A DNA stretch of 64,000 nucleotides, taken from contig OX597815.1 in the NCBI GenBank assembly GCA_951406725.2, positions 192,696,001 to 192,760,000 of the forward strand, in the 5' to 3' direction. Below are positions 53,103 through 64,000 of the stretch, piece by piece. The position numbers were made by a program, and so were the translations under genes. This DNA comes from Octopus vulgaris (taxonomy: Eukaryota). The stretch's first letter is position 1. The number at the start of each line of letters is the position of its first letter. The notes below the pieces were generated by a model that worked only from the letters and a program-made list of their open reading frames with translations, was not told the origin of the DNA and did not search any database.

Positions 53103-53405
53103 TGGAGGTGCAATGGCCCAGAGGTTAGGGCAGTCGGAGGATCGCAGTTTCGATTCCCAGACCGCGCATTGTGTGTGTGTTTATTGAGCGAAAACACCTA
53201 AAGCTCAACGAGGTTCCTGCAGGGGGTGGTGGCGACCCCTGCTGTACTCTTTCACCACAACTTTTTCTCACACTCTCTTCCTGTTTCTTGAGTAACGCTG
53301 CGATGGACTGGCGTCCCGTCCAGCTGGTGGTGGGGAGACATACACCACAGAAACCAGGAAACCGGGCCCATGAACCTGGCTAGGCTTGAAAAGGGCGAAG
53401 AAATA
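53103..53405 (+). mobile_element. tRNA SINE family F (tail type 2, V-domain-like motif)
   Basis: Head shared with 34574-34872; 3' part contains CTGCGATGGACTGGCGTCCCGTCCAG; TSD aatgagaaata(tgg). Confidence 0.82.
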
Positions 53406-54717
53406 AATGAGAAATATGGCTCAAGAGAAATAACAATCCAAGAAATGTTTAGCTCATTATAAACAAATATATTTGTAACAAAGAATTAAGCAATATGGAG
53501 AAGTGCAGAGATAAAAGGTCAAAATCTATTCGGGCCAGCAAATATTTAGACAGCAACATAAAGTTTAGTTTCATTGCTGCTAATAGCAATAATCAATCGT
53601 TTATCTTTATATATTGATAGCCATAGAGAATTAGCAGAACTGAACAAACAAAGAATTCTATGGAATCAATATTGAAATGACATCTTGATATCCAACAACC
53701 CAAGTACTGAAACCAATGGAATGACTGATACCCAAAAACAGCATGAAATGCATACTCATTATGAATCCATCCTCTCATCTCTCCCACCCCACAAAAAAAA
53801 AAAAAGTGGATTTTCGTATTCTAAGAATTTTTGAAACTTATAACTAAAATGGGGAAAAGCTAATATGCACTGCATAGAAAATTGTAAAACCAAAAGTGTA
53901 TGGAGAAAAGGAATAGAGTTTATAAACTGCAACACAACTATCAAGAGATACAGTTAAAAGCAGAATTGATGATATGGTGAAAAAAATAGAATAATCTCTC
54001 ATTTCTAAGATACAGAACAATCCGTCTTTTTTTTTCTTCTTTGTTTTTTTTTCTTCTTTGTTTTTTTTTCTTCTTTGTTTTTTTTTCCTTCAAAGTGATA
54101 AAAGCACAGACATTACAGATAATTCTAATTTAATGTACTTTCTAAGATATGCTATCAAAGACTCCATTCAAGAAGCTTTTGTTTTATAAATCACTTCCAA
54201 AGAACAACAGCCAAATAAATGTTTAAGCATTGATTTTATCATAAAACAAAACACAGACTGGAAAAATGTGTCGTACTGAGTGCTGATGGAGAATGGTTAA
54301 TGTCTGGCTACTGCAATGGGTTGCTCCAGAGAATAAGAACAATAGAGCCAAACTGTGTATGCGTGCATTTTAGTATTTCAGATGAGCTTTACTTGTGAAA
54401 TAGATGCTTTTAATTTTGAACTCAGCAAAAGTTTTGACAGGGTGTGATGGGTGAATAAGCAACATCTTGCCCCAGTGTCTCACTTTTGACTCAGACTCTA
54501 TGGCTGAATATTCTTCCTAACATCAACCACTCTTGAGAGCGAAAAGGAATGAAGGATTGATAAATTCACCATGAAATCAAAGGGTTCTAAAAGAAAATGC
54601 TAAAATCAAATGATGTCTGTTACTGAAGATTTTTGAAATGAAGAAAGGCCCTTGCATAGGGCCAATCCCACTTTCTAAATGATGTACACTTCTGCTTAAA
54701 AAGATCTAGTTTCTTAT

Positions 54718-54956
54718 GCCAAACTGTTATGTTATGGGGACATAAACACACCAACATCAGTTGTCAAGCGACGGTGGGGGAGGACAAACACACACATATA
54801 TATAATGGGCTTCTTTCAATTTCCATCTACCAAATCCACTCACAGAGCTTTGGTTGGCCCAAGGCTATAGTGGAAAACACTTGCCCAACGTGCCACACAG
54901 TAGGACTGAAACTGGAACCATGTGGTTGAGAAGCAAGTTTCTTACCATACAGCCAC
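54718..54956 (-). mobile_element. SINE family A, partial
   Basis: Family A head and middle. Confidence 0.8.
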
Positions 54957-54984
54957 TAGATACTGCACATATAAACTTATCCTC

Positions 54985-55342
54985 AAAAGCACCATCTGAA
55001 CGTGGTCGATACCAGCCACCTCGCTCCAACTGGCTCCTGTGCCAGTGGCACGTAAAAAGCACCATGTGAACATGGCCGATGCCAGCGCCGCCTTGACTGG
55101 CTCCTGTGCTGGTGGCACGTAAAAAGCACCATCCAAATGTGGTCGATGCCAGCCCCTCTGGTCCCTGTGCCAGTGGCACGTAAAAAGCACCCACTAGAGT
55201 GGTTGGCGTTAGGAAGGGCATCCAGCTGTAGAAACACTGCCAGATCAGATTAGAGCCTGACGCAGCCTCCTGGGTTCCCACACCCCAGTCAAACCATCCA
55301 ACCCATGTCACCATGGAAAACGGACAGTAAACGATGACGATG
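54985..55342 (+). mobile_element. Retroposon family C with three modules
   Basis: Three gtggcacgtaaaaagcacc modules, body and GAT tail. Confidence 0.88.
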
Positions 55343-56363
55343 AGATATATATATATATATATATATATGAACATACACGCACATACATGCATATATATGT
55401 ACATACATACAAATATATGGATGTGCATAGAAGCATTTACATACTAATGCAATGCAGTTGTACATTTCCCTTGGCTTCATTTTTAATCAAAACAAAACTG
55501 CTTATTCATTTCTATATGTTTAAAACATCCTAATGTCTTACTTAGCGCTAGACTCAGTGTCTAACATAAAAGAAAATATGATTTTTTTTTTCTCCCTTTC
55601 TTCAGCAGCTAAAAAGTAATAAATAAAATTTTAAAGTAACACTTCGTTGCTTTTCATGTTGGGATTTAGCTTTATTATTAATGATTTTGTTCTTTTTAGA
55701 AATAACAACAAAATGATGCGACCTACATTTTTCATTAAAATAAAACCGACATAAAAATAAAATGTGTAAGGAATTTTGTCAGATACAAAAGCTACAAGAT
55801 GGATTAAATGGAATCTAACATATTTTATGTATATATTATTAATTATTGCATATTAACTGCATATCAATTATTCAATATGTAATTCTTGCATGTATTTCAT
55901 CTCAGCATCCAACAGATAAAATTTCATCAAATATATTTTACACCTTATTTGTATATTTACATGCTACTATACGAAATACATCATTCATTTATTTCCCATA
56001 ATTATGTGAGGACACATAAATTTGAACACAATCCATTATTAGCATTTTCAGTGCCAAGCCTTCATAATGCACATCTGTTTATTTACTAGGAACATATCAT
56101 GAAGGTTGTGAAACACCTCCACTACAGCTAACTGTAACAATATAAAGATACGAATTTTAAAATCAAATCTAACACCATACATGCTTGCTTTAACACCATA
56201 TGCTTGCTTCATCATGGATATTTCCAAGTGGTTTTGTATAGGAAAATGTATGACTCTTAATACCTATTATGAGTCTGTGTATGTAAATACAATACTGAGA
56301 CAGTCTACTTGAATAAAATCTGAAACCATGAATTTGTCGTAGATGTACTGCATTATGAGAGTA

Positions 56364-56471
56364 ACTGGCCTGGTGCAGCCTTCGGGCTCCCCAGACCCCA
56401 GTTGAACCGTCCAACCCATGCTAGCATGGAAAGCGGACGTTAAACGATGATGATGATGATGATGATGATGA
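56364..56471 (+). mobile_element. 5'-truncated family C insertion with 18-bp TSD
   Basis: tactgcattatgagagta at 56346-56363 and 56472-56489 flanks a 3' fragment ending in (GAT)n. Confidence 0.92.
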
Positions 56472-57202
56472 TACTGCATTATGAGAGTATTATGTTTCAG
56501 CTTTGTCTTCTTTCAGATCATTTGTATACTTGTTGATCTTTTAGTCAAAAGAATTACTATACTACAGGATGTAAAACTTGCATTTCTGGCTATGTTGTTT
56601 TAGTTTACTGCAACTGATTACCAGAGTGCTGCTCCACAGCTATGATTTTGTTGTCATCCACTCATTACAAATAGCTGACAAGTCAATGAAAGTTTAACAT
56701 TCCATCCAGCTTTTTAGGGGAATGTTTCTTTTAGATAATCAAAAAAGGTTTCTTAAAGACACCAGAGTCATTAAATAATGTAAGACATACATCAGGTGTG
56801 TGAGTGGGGGGGGATACTGAGGAAGGAGGTAGAGTGATATGATGTGACCTCCCCACATAACTATCAACATATGAGAAAAATTGGGCATAAGGGGCATCAG
56901 ATGTAGTGTGCAAGAAAGAAGACGGCACTAGTATGGTCATATGATGCATATGGATGAGAACGGCAGCATGAGGTCTTTGGTAAGTTACTTGGCAACCCTG
57001 CTGGTACTAGTGCCACATAAAAAGCACAGAGTACACACTGTAAAATGATTGGGATTAGGAAAGGCATCCACCAATAAAAACGAAGGTAAAATATAGCTCT
57101 CCAGCTTCAGTCAAATTGTCTAACCCATACCAGCATAGAAAATGGGTGTTAAATGATGATGATGTCTATGATAATTCAGCACGTTTTCAATATCTTTGTT
57201 GT

Positions 57203-57595
57203 TCTTTTCTACTCTAGGCACAAGGCCTGAAATTTTGGGGGAGGGGACCAGTTGATTAGACGGTACACAACTGGTACTTAATTTAACAACCCCCAAAAGG
57301 ATGAAAGACAAAGTCAACCTTGGTGGAATTTGAACTCAGAACATAATGACAGACAAAATACCTGTTTCTTTACTGCTCACAAGGGGCTACACACAGACGG
57401 GACAAACAAGGACAGACAAACGGATGAAGTCGATTATATTGACCCCATTGCGTAACTGGTACTTATTTAATCGACCCCAAAAGGATGAAAGGCAAAGCCG
57501 ACCTCGGCGGAATTTGAACTCAAAACATAATAACAGACGAAATACCGCTAAGCATTTTGCCCAGCTTGCTAACATTCCTACCAGCTTGCTGCCTT
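57203..57595 (-). mobile_element. Dimeric SINE B
   Basis: Junction aaaatac|ctgtttctttac. A candidate TSD aatatcttt (57189-57197, 57596-57604) flanks the whole dimer. Confidence 0.85.
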
Positions 57596-58343
57596 AATAT
57601 CTTTATTTTAAGTAACAATTATTGTGCCTAGTGGACTTATGCTCATTCATTTCCCTAGCCTATGACAGCTTTCCTTTCATAATATTGCTGTAAGAGACAC
57701 AGGGCAAATTTCTGATATATTTAAAAGCAGAAAAAAAAACACATACACCGGCAAGTGTGGTGAGTTAATAGCTAACTTACGGTGGAATTTGAACTCAGAA
57801 AGAAAAGACAGACGTAATACCGGCAAGCATTTCTCCCGGTGAGCTAACATTTCTGCTAGTTTGCCACCTTAGTAGCAAAAAATGTTATTAATAACATGGA
57901 AGCAGTCTTCTAGGAATTTACTCTGAATTTTTATTTTGTACTTTCTGCTAATCCGGCAAAAGCGGTAATATGGTATGTGCCCGGAACTAAAAGTGCTGAC
58001 AAATCAGTGGTGTAACAGCATTAGAAAAAGAAATAATTCTAAAAACTTTTCAAGCTTACAATGACTGGTTTATGAATAATGGATGTAGAATACCTTTGTA
58101 TCATAATAGGATCCAATTGTTAGATACAATCGAATGCAATTCTGAATAGTAAAAACTAAGATAAGTATATACTGGCATTAAACATCTTTAATTTACTTAC
58201 TTACTGTAAGAAGTAGTACATTATGTGAAATTATTATTTTCATTGTAATCTTTGAGAAAGAAAAAAAAAATATAAATAAATTTTATATTTGAAATGATAA
58301 TTTACAAAATATGTCTGCTTCTGCTGTTGAAGTTACAATATTA

Positions 58344-58415
<72 letters not shown>

Positions 58416-58632
58416 AAGAGAGAGAAGACAATCATTTCTAAAAATATATACATTTAAAAAAACTTATTTGCTTTCACTTGTTCTAACAAACTTGTTTCAG
58501 AAGATACACAAGAGAATTAATACAGTTTTTCTAGAAGTCGTGAATTAGTAACAGATGATGTGTCTCAAAAATTGAAAGGAAGGTAACTCAGATATTAAAG
58601 AAACAGTGGACATAACCATAATGTTACATGTA

Positions 58633-59053
58633 TGCCTTACTGGCACTTGTGCCCGTGCTCGTAGGGTGCAAAGAGCACCGTTCGAGCGTGATCGTTGCCA
58701 GAGCAGCCAACTGGCTTCCGTGCCAGTGGCACGTAAAAGGGCACCGTTCGAGCGTGATCGTTACCAACGTCGTCTTACTGGCACCTGTGCTGGTGGCATG
58801 TGTAAAAAGATTCGAGCGAGGTCGTTGCCAGTACCGCCTGACTGACCCCCGTGCTGGTGGCACATAAAAAGCACCCACTACACTCTCGGAGTGGTTGGCG
58901 TTAGGAAGGGCATCCAGCTGTAGAAACTCTGCCAAATCAAGATTAGAGCCTGGTGCAGCCATCTGGTTCACCAGCCCTCAGTCAAAATCGTCCAACCCAT
59001 GCTAGCAGGGAAAGCGGACGTTAAACAATGATGATGATGATGATGATGATGAT
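58633..59053 (+). mobile_element. Retroposon family C with about four modules (ttcgagcg subfamily)
   Basis: Modules, body and a long (GAT)n. Confidence 0.88.
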
Positions 59054-59749
59054 GTTTGGTAAAAGAAACCTTTCATTATCAAACTAAAGACTAAACCAGG
59101 GTTTACTAACTTCTGATATAGTACAATAATTGACCAAACCACAGCTTGCCAAATTTCCCTATGTTCATTCATAGGCCACAGACTAAGATATGGCAGGAGA
59201 AAAGCAAACTAACAATAAATCTACTACAGCTTAGTTACTAAATAAATCAACAAACAAATAGAAATCTATTTCTGTACAATTGTTTTAATGGTTCTCATGT
59301 CGCAGGATACTTTACACAACGTTTATGTATAAGGATGCCACATTCTTGATGAATGCCAAATGTTTTGATGCCAACTTGGCTAACTGATATACAAACTTCA
59401 GATGAATGGAGGAACTCCTTTTAACAAGCATTCACTAACTCAAATAATTCAGAATGTTTTCTCAACCAACAAAATAACAGAATAAGATCCATTGCATTTT
59501 TTTTTTTTTTTTTTTTTTTTACTTATAAGTTAAAACAGAAGAATTGTGTTGAATTCTACTGAAGCATGAAGAGAATGTGATAAATGCCCTCAGTTTTTGT
59601 GCAAGTGAGCCGTCTTATAATTCTCAATCAGGAGATAATTTAATCAAGACTTGAAGACCCAAAATAGAAACTACAATAAATAAACAACTTCAAAGAAGTT
59701 CAAGAAAATACGGTCAAATTACAGAAAGTAAGTCAGCAGTGGCAAAGGC

Positions 59750-59779
59750 AACAGCAGCAGCAGCACCACCACCACCACC

Positions 59780-59810
<31 letters not shown>

Positions 59811-59878
59811 CCACCATCACCATCACCACCACCACCACCACCACCATCATCACCACCATCACCATCACCACCACCACC

Positions 59879-59912
<34 letters not shown>

Positions 59913-59983
59913 TCACCATCACCATCACCACCACCACCACCACCACCACCATCATCACCACCATCATCACCACCACCACCACC

Positions 59984-60017
<34 letters not shown>

Positions 60018-60094
60018 TCACCACCATCACCATCACCACCACCACCACCACCACCATCATCACCACCATCACCATCACCACCACCACCACCACC

Positions 60095-60128
<34 letters not shown>

Positions 60129-60202
60129 TCACCACCATCACCATCACCACCACCACCACCACCACCATCATCACCACCATCACCATCACCACCACCACCA
60201 CC

Positions 60203-60236
<34 letters not shown>

Positions 60237-60272
60237 CCACCATCACCACCACCACCACCACTACCATCATCA
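59750..60272. repeat. (CAC)/(CAT) microsatellite with higher-order periodicity
   Basis: Read directly; the block pattern repeats about 4.5 times. Confidence 0.95.
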
Positions 60273-60281
60273 CTGTTTTAA

Positions 60282-60506
60282 CCCATTGGCATTTAAACCA
60301 GTCATATGCAGCCCAAATATTCCACACATATATTTTGTGTTCAAACTGGCCAAATCCGGCTTCTCACACCTACCCTACAATGTCAATCTAAAAAATATAC
60401 AATCACATCATTGAAATCTTAAAGCTACAGGATAATGCATAATTCATTCAAAACAATGCGAACAGATAAGCTTTACATTCGAAAGAGTAATTTGAATGCC
60501 AAAGGG
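60282..60506. mobile_element. piggyBac-type MITE family D (opposite orientation)
   Basis: ttaa-CCCATTGGCATT...AATGCCAAAGGG-ataa; homologous to 12937-13157. Confidence 0.8.
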
Positions 60507-60615
60507 ATAATTTTTTTTCTTTTTTCTGCTTCCATGGGTTAGACAAGACTATACAGGAGCAAAGTTTTCTATGGCTGAATGCTCTTCCAGTCACCAACCA
60601 ACACCTGTTTCCAAC

Positions 60616-60781
60616 ATCATCATCATCATCATCATCGTTTAACGTCCGTTTTCCATGCTAGCATGGGTTGAACGGTTTGACCGGGATCTGGGAAGTCAGA
60701 AGGCTGCACCAGGCTCCAATCTGATCTTGCAGTGTTTCTACAGCTGGATACCCTTCCAAACACCAACCACTCAATGAGTGT
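60616..60781 (-). mobile_element. Family C 3' fragment
   Basis: (CAT)n-cgtttaacgtccg plus body, truncated before the modules. Confidence 0.85.
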
Positions 60782-61082
60782 ATCCCTCACCCCCATGTAC
60801 CAAACAACGAACAGCTCCAAAATGGTTACATGGAGAACTGGAAACAACCAGCACTGTTTCAATGTGCCTTTTGCTTACAAAGATTGCACAAGACGAGTCG
60901 AAAAGCCCAGGCATGCTTTTGCAGTGGACAGCATGCAAAGAGCACCATCTCTGTGAACAGTGATGTTTTGTCTTTACAGTCAGTGAACCCACATGAAGCT
61001 GAAGGAAAATACAGACTCAGTTACACACTCACTTACACATACCTATTTATATATGTGTGTGTGTGTGTGTATACATATACAT

Positions 61083-61243
61083 ATGGCTGTGTGGTAAGTA
61101 GCTTGCTAACCAACCACATGGTTCCGGGTTCAGTCCCTCTGCGTGGCATCTTGGGCAAGTGTCTTCTGCTATAGCCCCGGGCCGACCAATGCCTTGTGAG
61201 TGGATTTGGTAGACGGAAACTGAAAGAAGCCCGTTGTATTTAT

Positions 61244-61283
<40 letters not shown>

Positions 61284-61503
61284 TTGTGTGTCTGTGTTTG
61301 TCACCCTAGCATTGCTTGGACAACCGATGCTGGTGTGTTTACGTCCCCGTCACTTAGCGGTTCGGCAAAAGAGACCTGATAGAATAAGTACTGGGCTTAC
61401 AAAGAATAAGCCGCGGGGTTGATTTGCTCGACTAAAGGCGGTGCTCCAGCATGGCCGCAGTCAAATGACTGAAACAAGTAAAAGAGTAAAAAAGTAAAGA
61501 GTA
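61083..61503 (+). mobile_element. SINE family A
   Basis: Family A consensus lacking the first few bases. Confidence 0.9.
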
Positions 61504-61684
61504 TATATATATATATATATATATCATCATCACCATTTAACATCCATTGTCCATGCTAGTATAGGTTGAACACTTTGACCAGGGCTGGTAAACTGGGAGG
61601 TTGCACTACTTTGGTCTGATTTGGCATGGTTTCTACAGCTGCATGCCCTTCATAACGCCAGCCTCTCTGAGAGTGTAATGGGTG

Positions 61685-61743
<59 letters not shown>

Positions 61744-61744
<1 letters not shown>

Positions 61745-63034
61745 GAGGGACGTTCAAAAAGTAATGCCCCTGACCCACTTGCTGTTGTTTGATCTAGCCG
61801 AAGTTTTGCATGTGCAATTATTCATATCTTTCTAGATTAAGTTGCAAATTACAGCTCTGAACTAATTGTGGTTTCTGATTTACAGGCGTTTGAACTGAGA
61901 CAAGTGTGAAATGGAGCCTGTTGAGTGTCGAGCAGTGATCCGGTTTTTGTATTTGAAAGGATGCACACCACGGAAGACTTTTGATGAAATGAAAGTAACT
62001 TATGGTGATGATGCCCCATCATATGACCTTGTAAGACGCTGGCATTGTGAATTCAAACATGGTCGGAACTCTGTGGAAACAGCTCCTAAATCTGGTCGCC
62101 CCACTTCTGCATTGATGAGGCATCTGTCCATCAAGTTGAGGCTGCCATTTTGGAAGATCGACGCATAACTATTCGCCAAATAGCACATGAGGTCAAGATT
62201 AGTACTGGGTCTGTGGAAACTATCATTCATGACCATTTGCATATGCAAAAGGTGTCTGTCAGATGGATTCCCAGGTTGCTCACACCTTTCCAGAAGCAAG
62301 AACGCGTTGAGTGCTCGAGAATGAATTTGGAGATGTGCCAAGAAGACGAGTCAAAATTTTTCAAAAGACTGATTACACAGGATGAAACCTGGGTCCATCA
62401 CTATGATCCAGAGACCAAAGCCCAGTCAATGCAGTGGAAGCACTGTGACTCACCTCCTCCAAAGAAGGCAAGGGTGCAGCCCTCCGCTGGCAAGGTCATG
62501 CTCACTGTCTTCTGGGACCAGGATGGAGTAGTGATGACAGATTTCCTGGCAAAGGGTACCACAATTGCAGGAGCTTATTATGCTTCACTTTTGAGGAAAT
62601 TAAGAGAAGTTATCAAAATCAAGAGGCGGGGCAAGATCAGCAAAGGCATCCTCCTCCTGCAGGACAACGCTCCGGTCCACAACTCATGTGTCACCAGATC
62701 AGAAGCACAGACATGCGGCTATGAACTCCTACCCCATCCCCACTACCCTCCTGACCTTGCACCCTCTGATTTTCACCTCTTCCCAGCCATGAAGTTGTTT
62801 TTGAAAGGAAAGCGTTTCCCAGATGATGCAGCCTTGATTTCTGAAGTCACATCGTGGTTGGAGGACGAAGCTGGGGTCTTCTACAAAAACGGTCTCCAGA
62901 GCTGCATCAAATGATGGGAGAAATGCGTAACTCTGAGTGGTTCCTATGTAAAAAAAGACTAATAACTGTGCCAAGTTTCATTGCTCTACTCTATGGGAAG
63001 TGGGTCAGGGGCATTACTTATTAAACGCCCCTCG
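61744..63034 (+). mobile_element. Full-length mariner transposon (irritans-like termini)
   Basis: 37-bp TIRs CGAGGGRCGTTYAAWAAGTAATGCCCCTGACCCACTT (3 mismatches), TA flanks within (TA)n, 1291 bp long. Confidence 0.95.
61911..62962 (+). pseudogene. Mariner D,D34D transposase with one frameshift and one premature stop
   Basis: HTH N-terminus, WIPRLL, TQDETW, LQDNAPVH and YPPDLAPSD (34 residues between the last two Asp). A 1-bp deletion near 62110 and a TGA at 62912 precede WEKCV...YVKKD*. Confidence 0.93.
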
Positions 63035-63067
<33 letters not shown>

Positions 63068-63305
63068 AAAAACAAATGTATATAACTCATTATTTCTGTC
63101 TTGTAAAAACATGCCCTCTTAACTGGGTAGTGCAACCATGGATTTACAAACTGAGTGGTGATGGACTTTGACTTCAGCCTCTGACCTAGCATTACTTGAA
63201 GTACAATACCAACCACAAAATATTTTTGTTAGCCTGGTGTGTACTTATTTACAGAGAGCTTAAGAAGTATTTTTTCTGAATCACTATCCCTTATTAACCC
63301 CTCTG

Positions 63306-63344
<39 letters not shown>

Positions 63345-63547
63345 AAAAACCCACTATTATGTAATTCAAACAATGATATACATAAACCAAATCATTAAAA
63401 AATATAATAATAGTGTTTTTTCTGTAATTTATATATATTATAAATTTATATTGTGAAATTTGATTTAATACTAAATTGAATTTTTCCCTGTAAGTTTTGA
63501 GTTATACTCCCTAATATTATTATTATAATATATATGTATATATACAT

Positions 63548-63584
<37 letters not shown>

Positions 63585-63706
63585 CAAAAATTTAGATTCA
63601 AATGAATATGGTAATTAATTTAGATGCACCAGAATTCTGTATGGTGTTATCCATAAAAATCCGTGGGGTAATTCTAATCAAAATAAGCAACAAGAATGAC
63701 TCCGGT

Positions 63707-63796
63707 AATTTGGTACGATCATTTCGTACAACATCATTTTATTAAATGTTGTAAGTATTACAACAGTTTTAAAATGCTGAGCACTCATCAGCCAAT
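63707..63796 (-). ncRNA. Type I hammerhead motif (left arm)
   Basis: AAUUGG-CUGAUGA-GUGC...GUAC-GAAA-UGAUCG-UA-CCAAAUU. Confidence 0.68.
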
Positions 63797-63909
63797 TATA
63801 GAGGTTTTCCATTAATACAAAAATTTTCATATCAAGTGGCAATTTCTCTACCTTCTCTATAATGTTGCCACTTGATATAAAATTTTTTGTATTAATGGAA
63901 AACCTCTAT

Positions 63910-64000
63910 AATTGGCTGATGAGTGCTCAGCATTTTAAAACTGTTGTAATAATTACAACATTTAATAAAATGATGTAGTATGAAACAATTGTACCAAATT
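63910..64000 (+). ncRNA. Type I hammerhead motif (right arm)
   Basis: AAUUGG-CUGAUGA(63916-63922)-GUGC...GUAU-GAAA(63982-63985)-CAAUUG-UA-CCAAAUU. Confidence 0.72.

Larger units (their letters stand above)
63582..64000. mobile_element. Penelope-like remnant with inverted repeat (63707-63843 / 63865-64000+)
   Basis: Arms of at least 135 bp around a spacer of about 21 bp. The reverse complement of 63590-63698 is homologous to 44517-44640. Confidence 0.72.

Noticed and set aside
59719-60327. 202-aa and 180-aa ORFs (poly V/M, poly P/S)
   Set aside because: Pure trinucleotide repeat with no splice or homology support.

Overview
AT-rich, repeat-saturated eukaryotic DNA. The SINE, MITE and microsatellite repertoire looks like an Octopus (coleoid cephalopod) intron or intergenic region; this is an inference from recognising the repeats. 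I could not support any host protein-coding exon, and nearly all listed ORFs are microsatellite or SINE artefacts. Coding remnants come only from transposons: a nearly intact mariner (61744-63034), a deleted mariner, a Tc1 N-terminus, and R4/Dong-like and RTE-like LINE fragments. Non-coding elements include four tRNA-headed SINE families (labelled A, B, F, G here), a (GAT)n-tailed retroposon (family C), piggyBac-, hAT- and mariner-type MITEs, and three mini-Helitrons. The most interesting signals are RNA-structural. Five type I hammerhead-ribozyme motifs lie in Penelope-like remnants: four in two long inverted repeats with unusually extended stem II, and one with a compensatory U3-A8 core. Family C carries tandem 62-67 bp modules, each predicted to fold as a hairpin plus an H-type pseudoknot. 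All structure and family calls were made by eye and need computational and biochemical confirmation.
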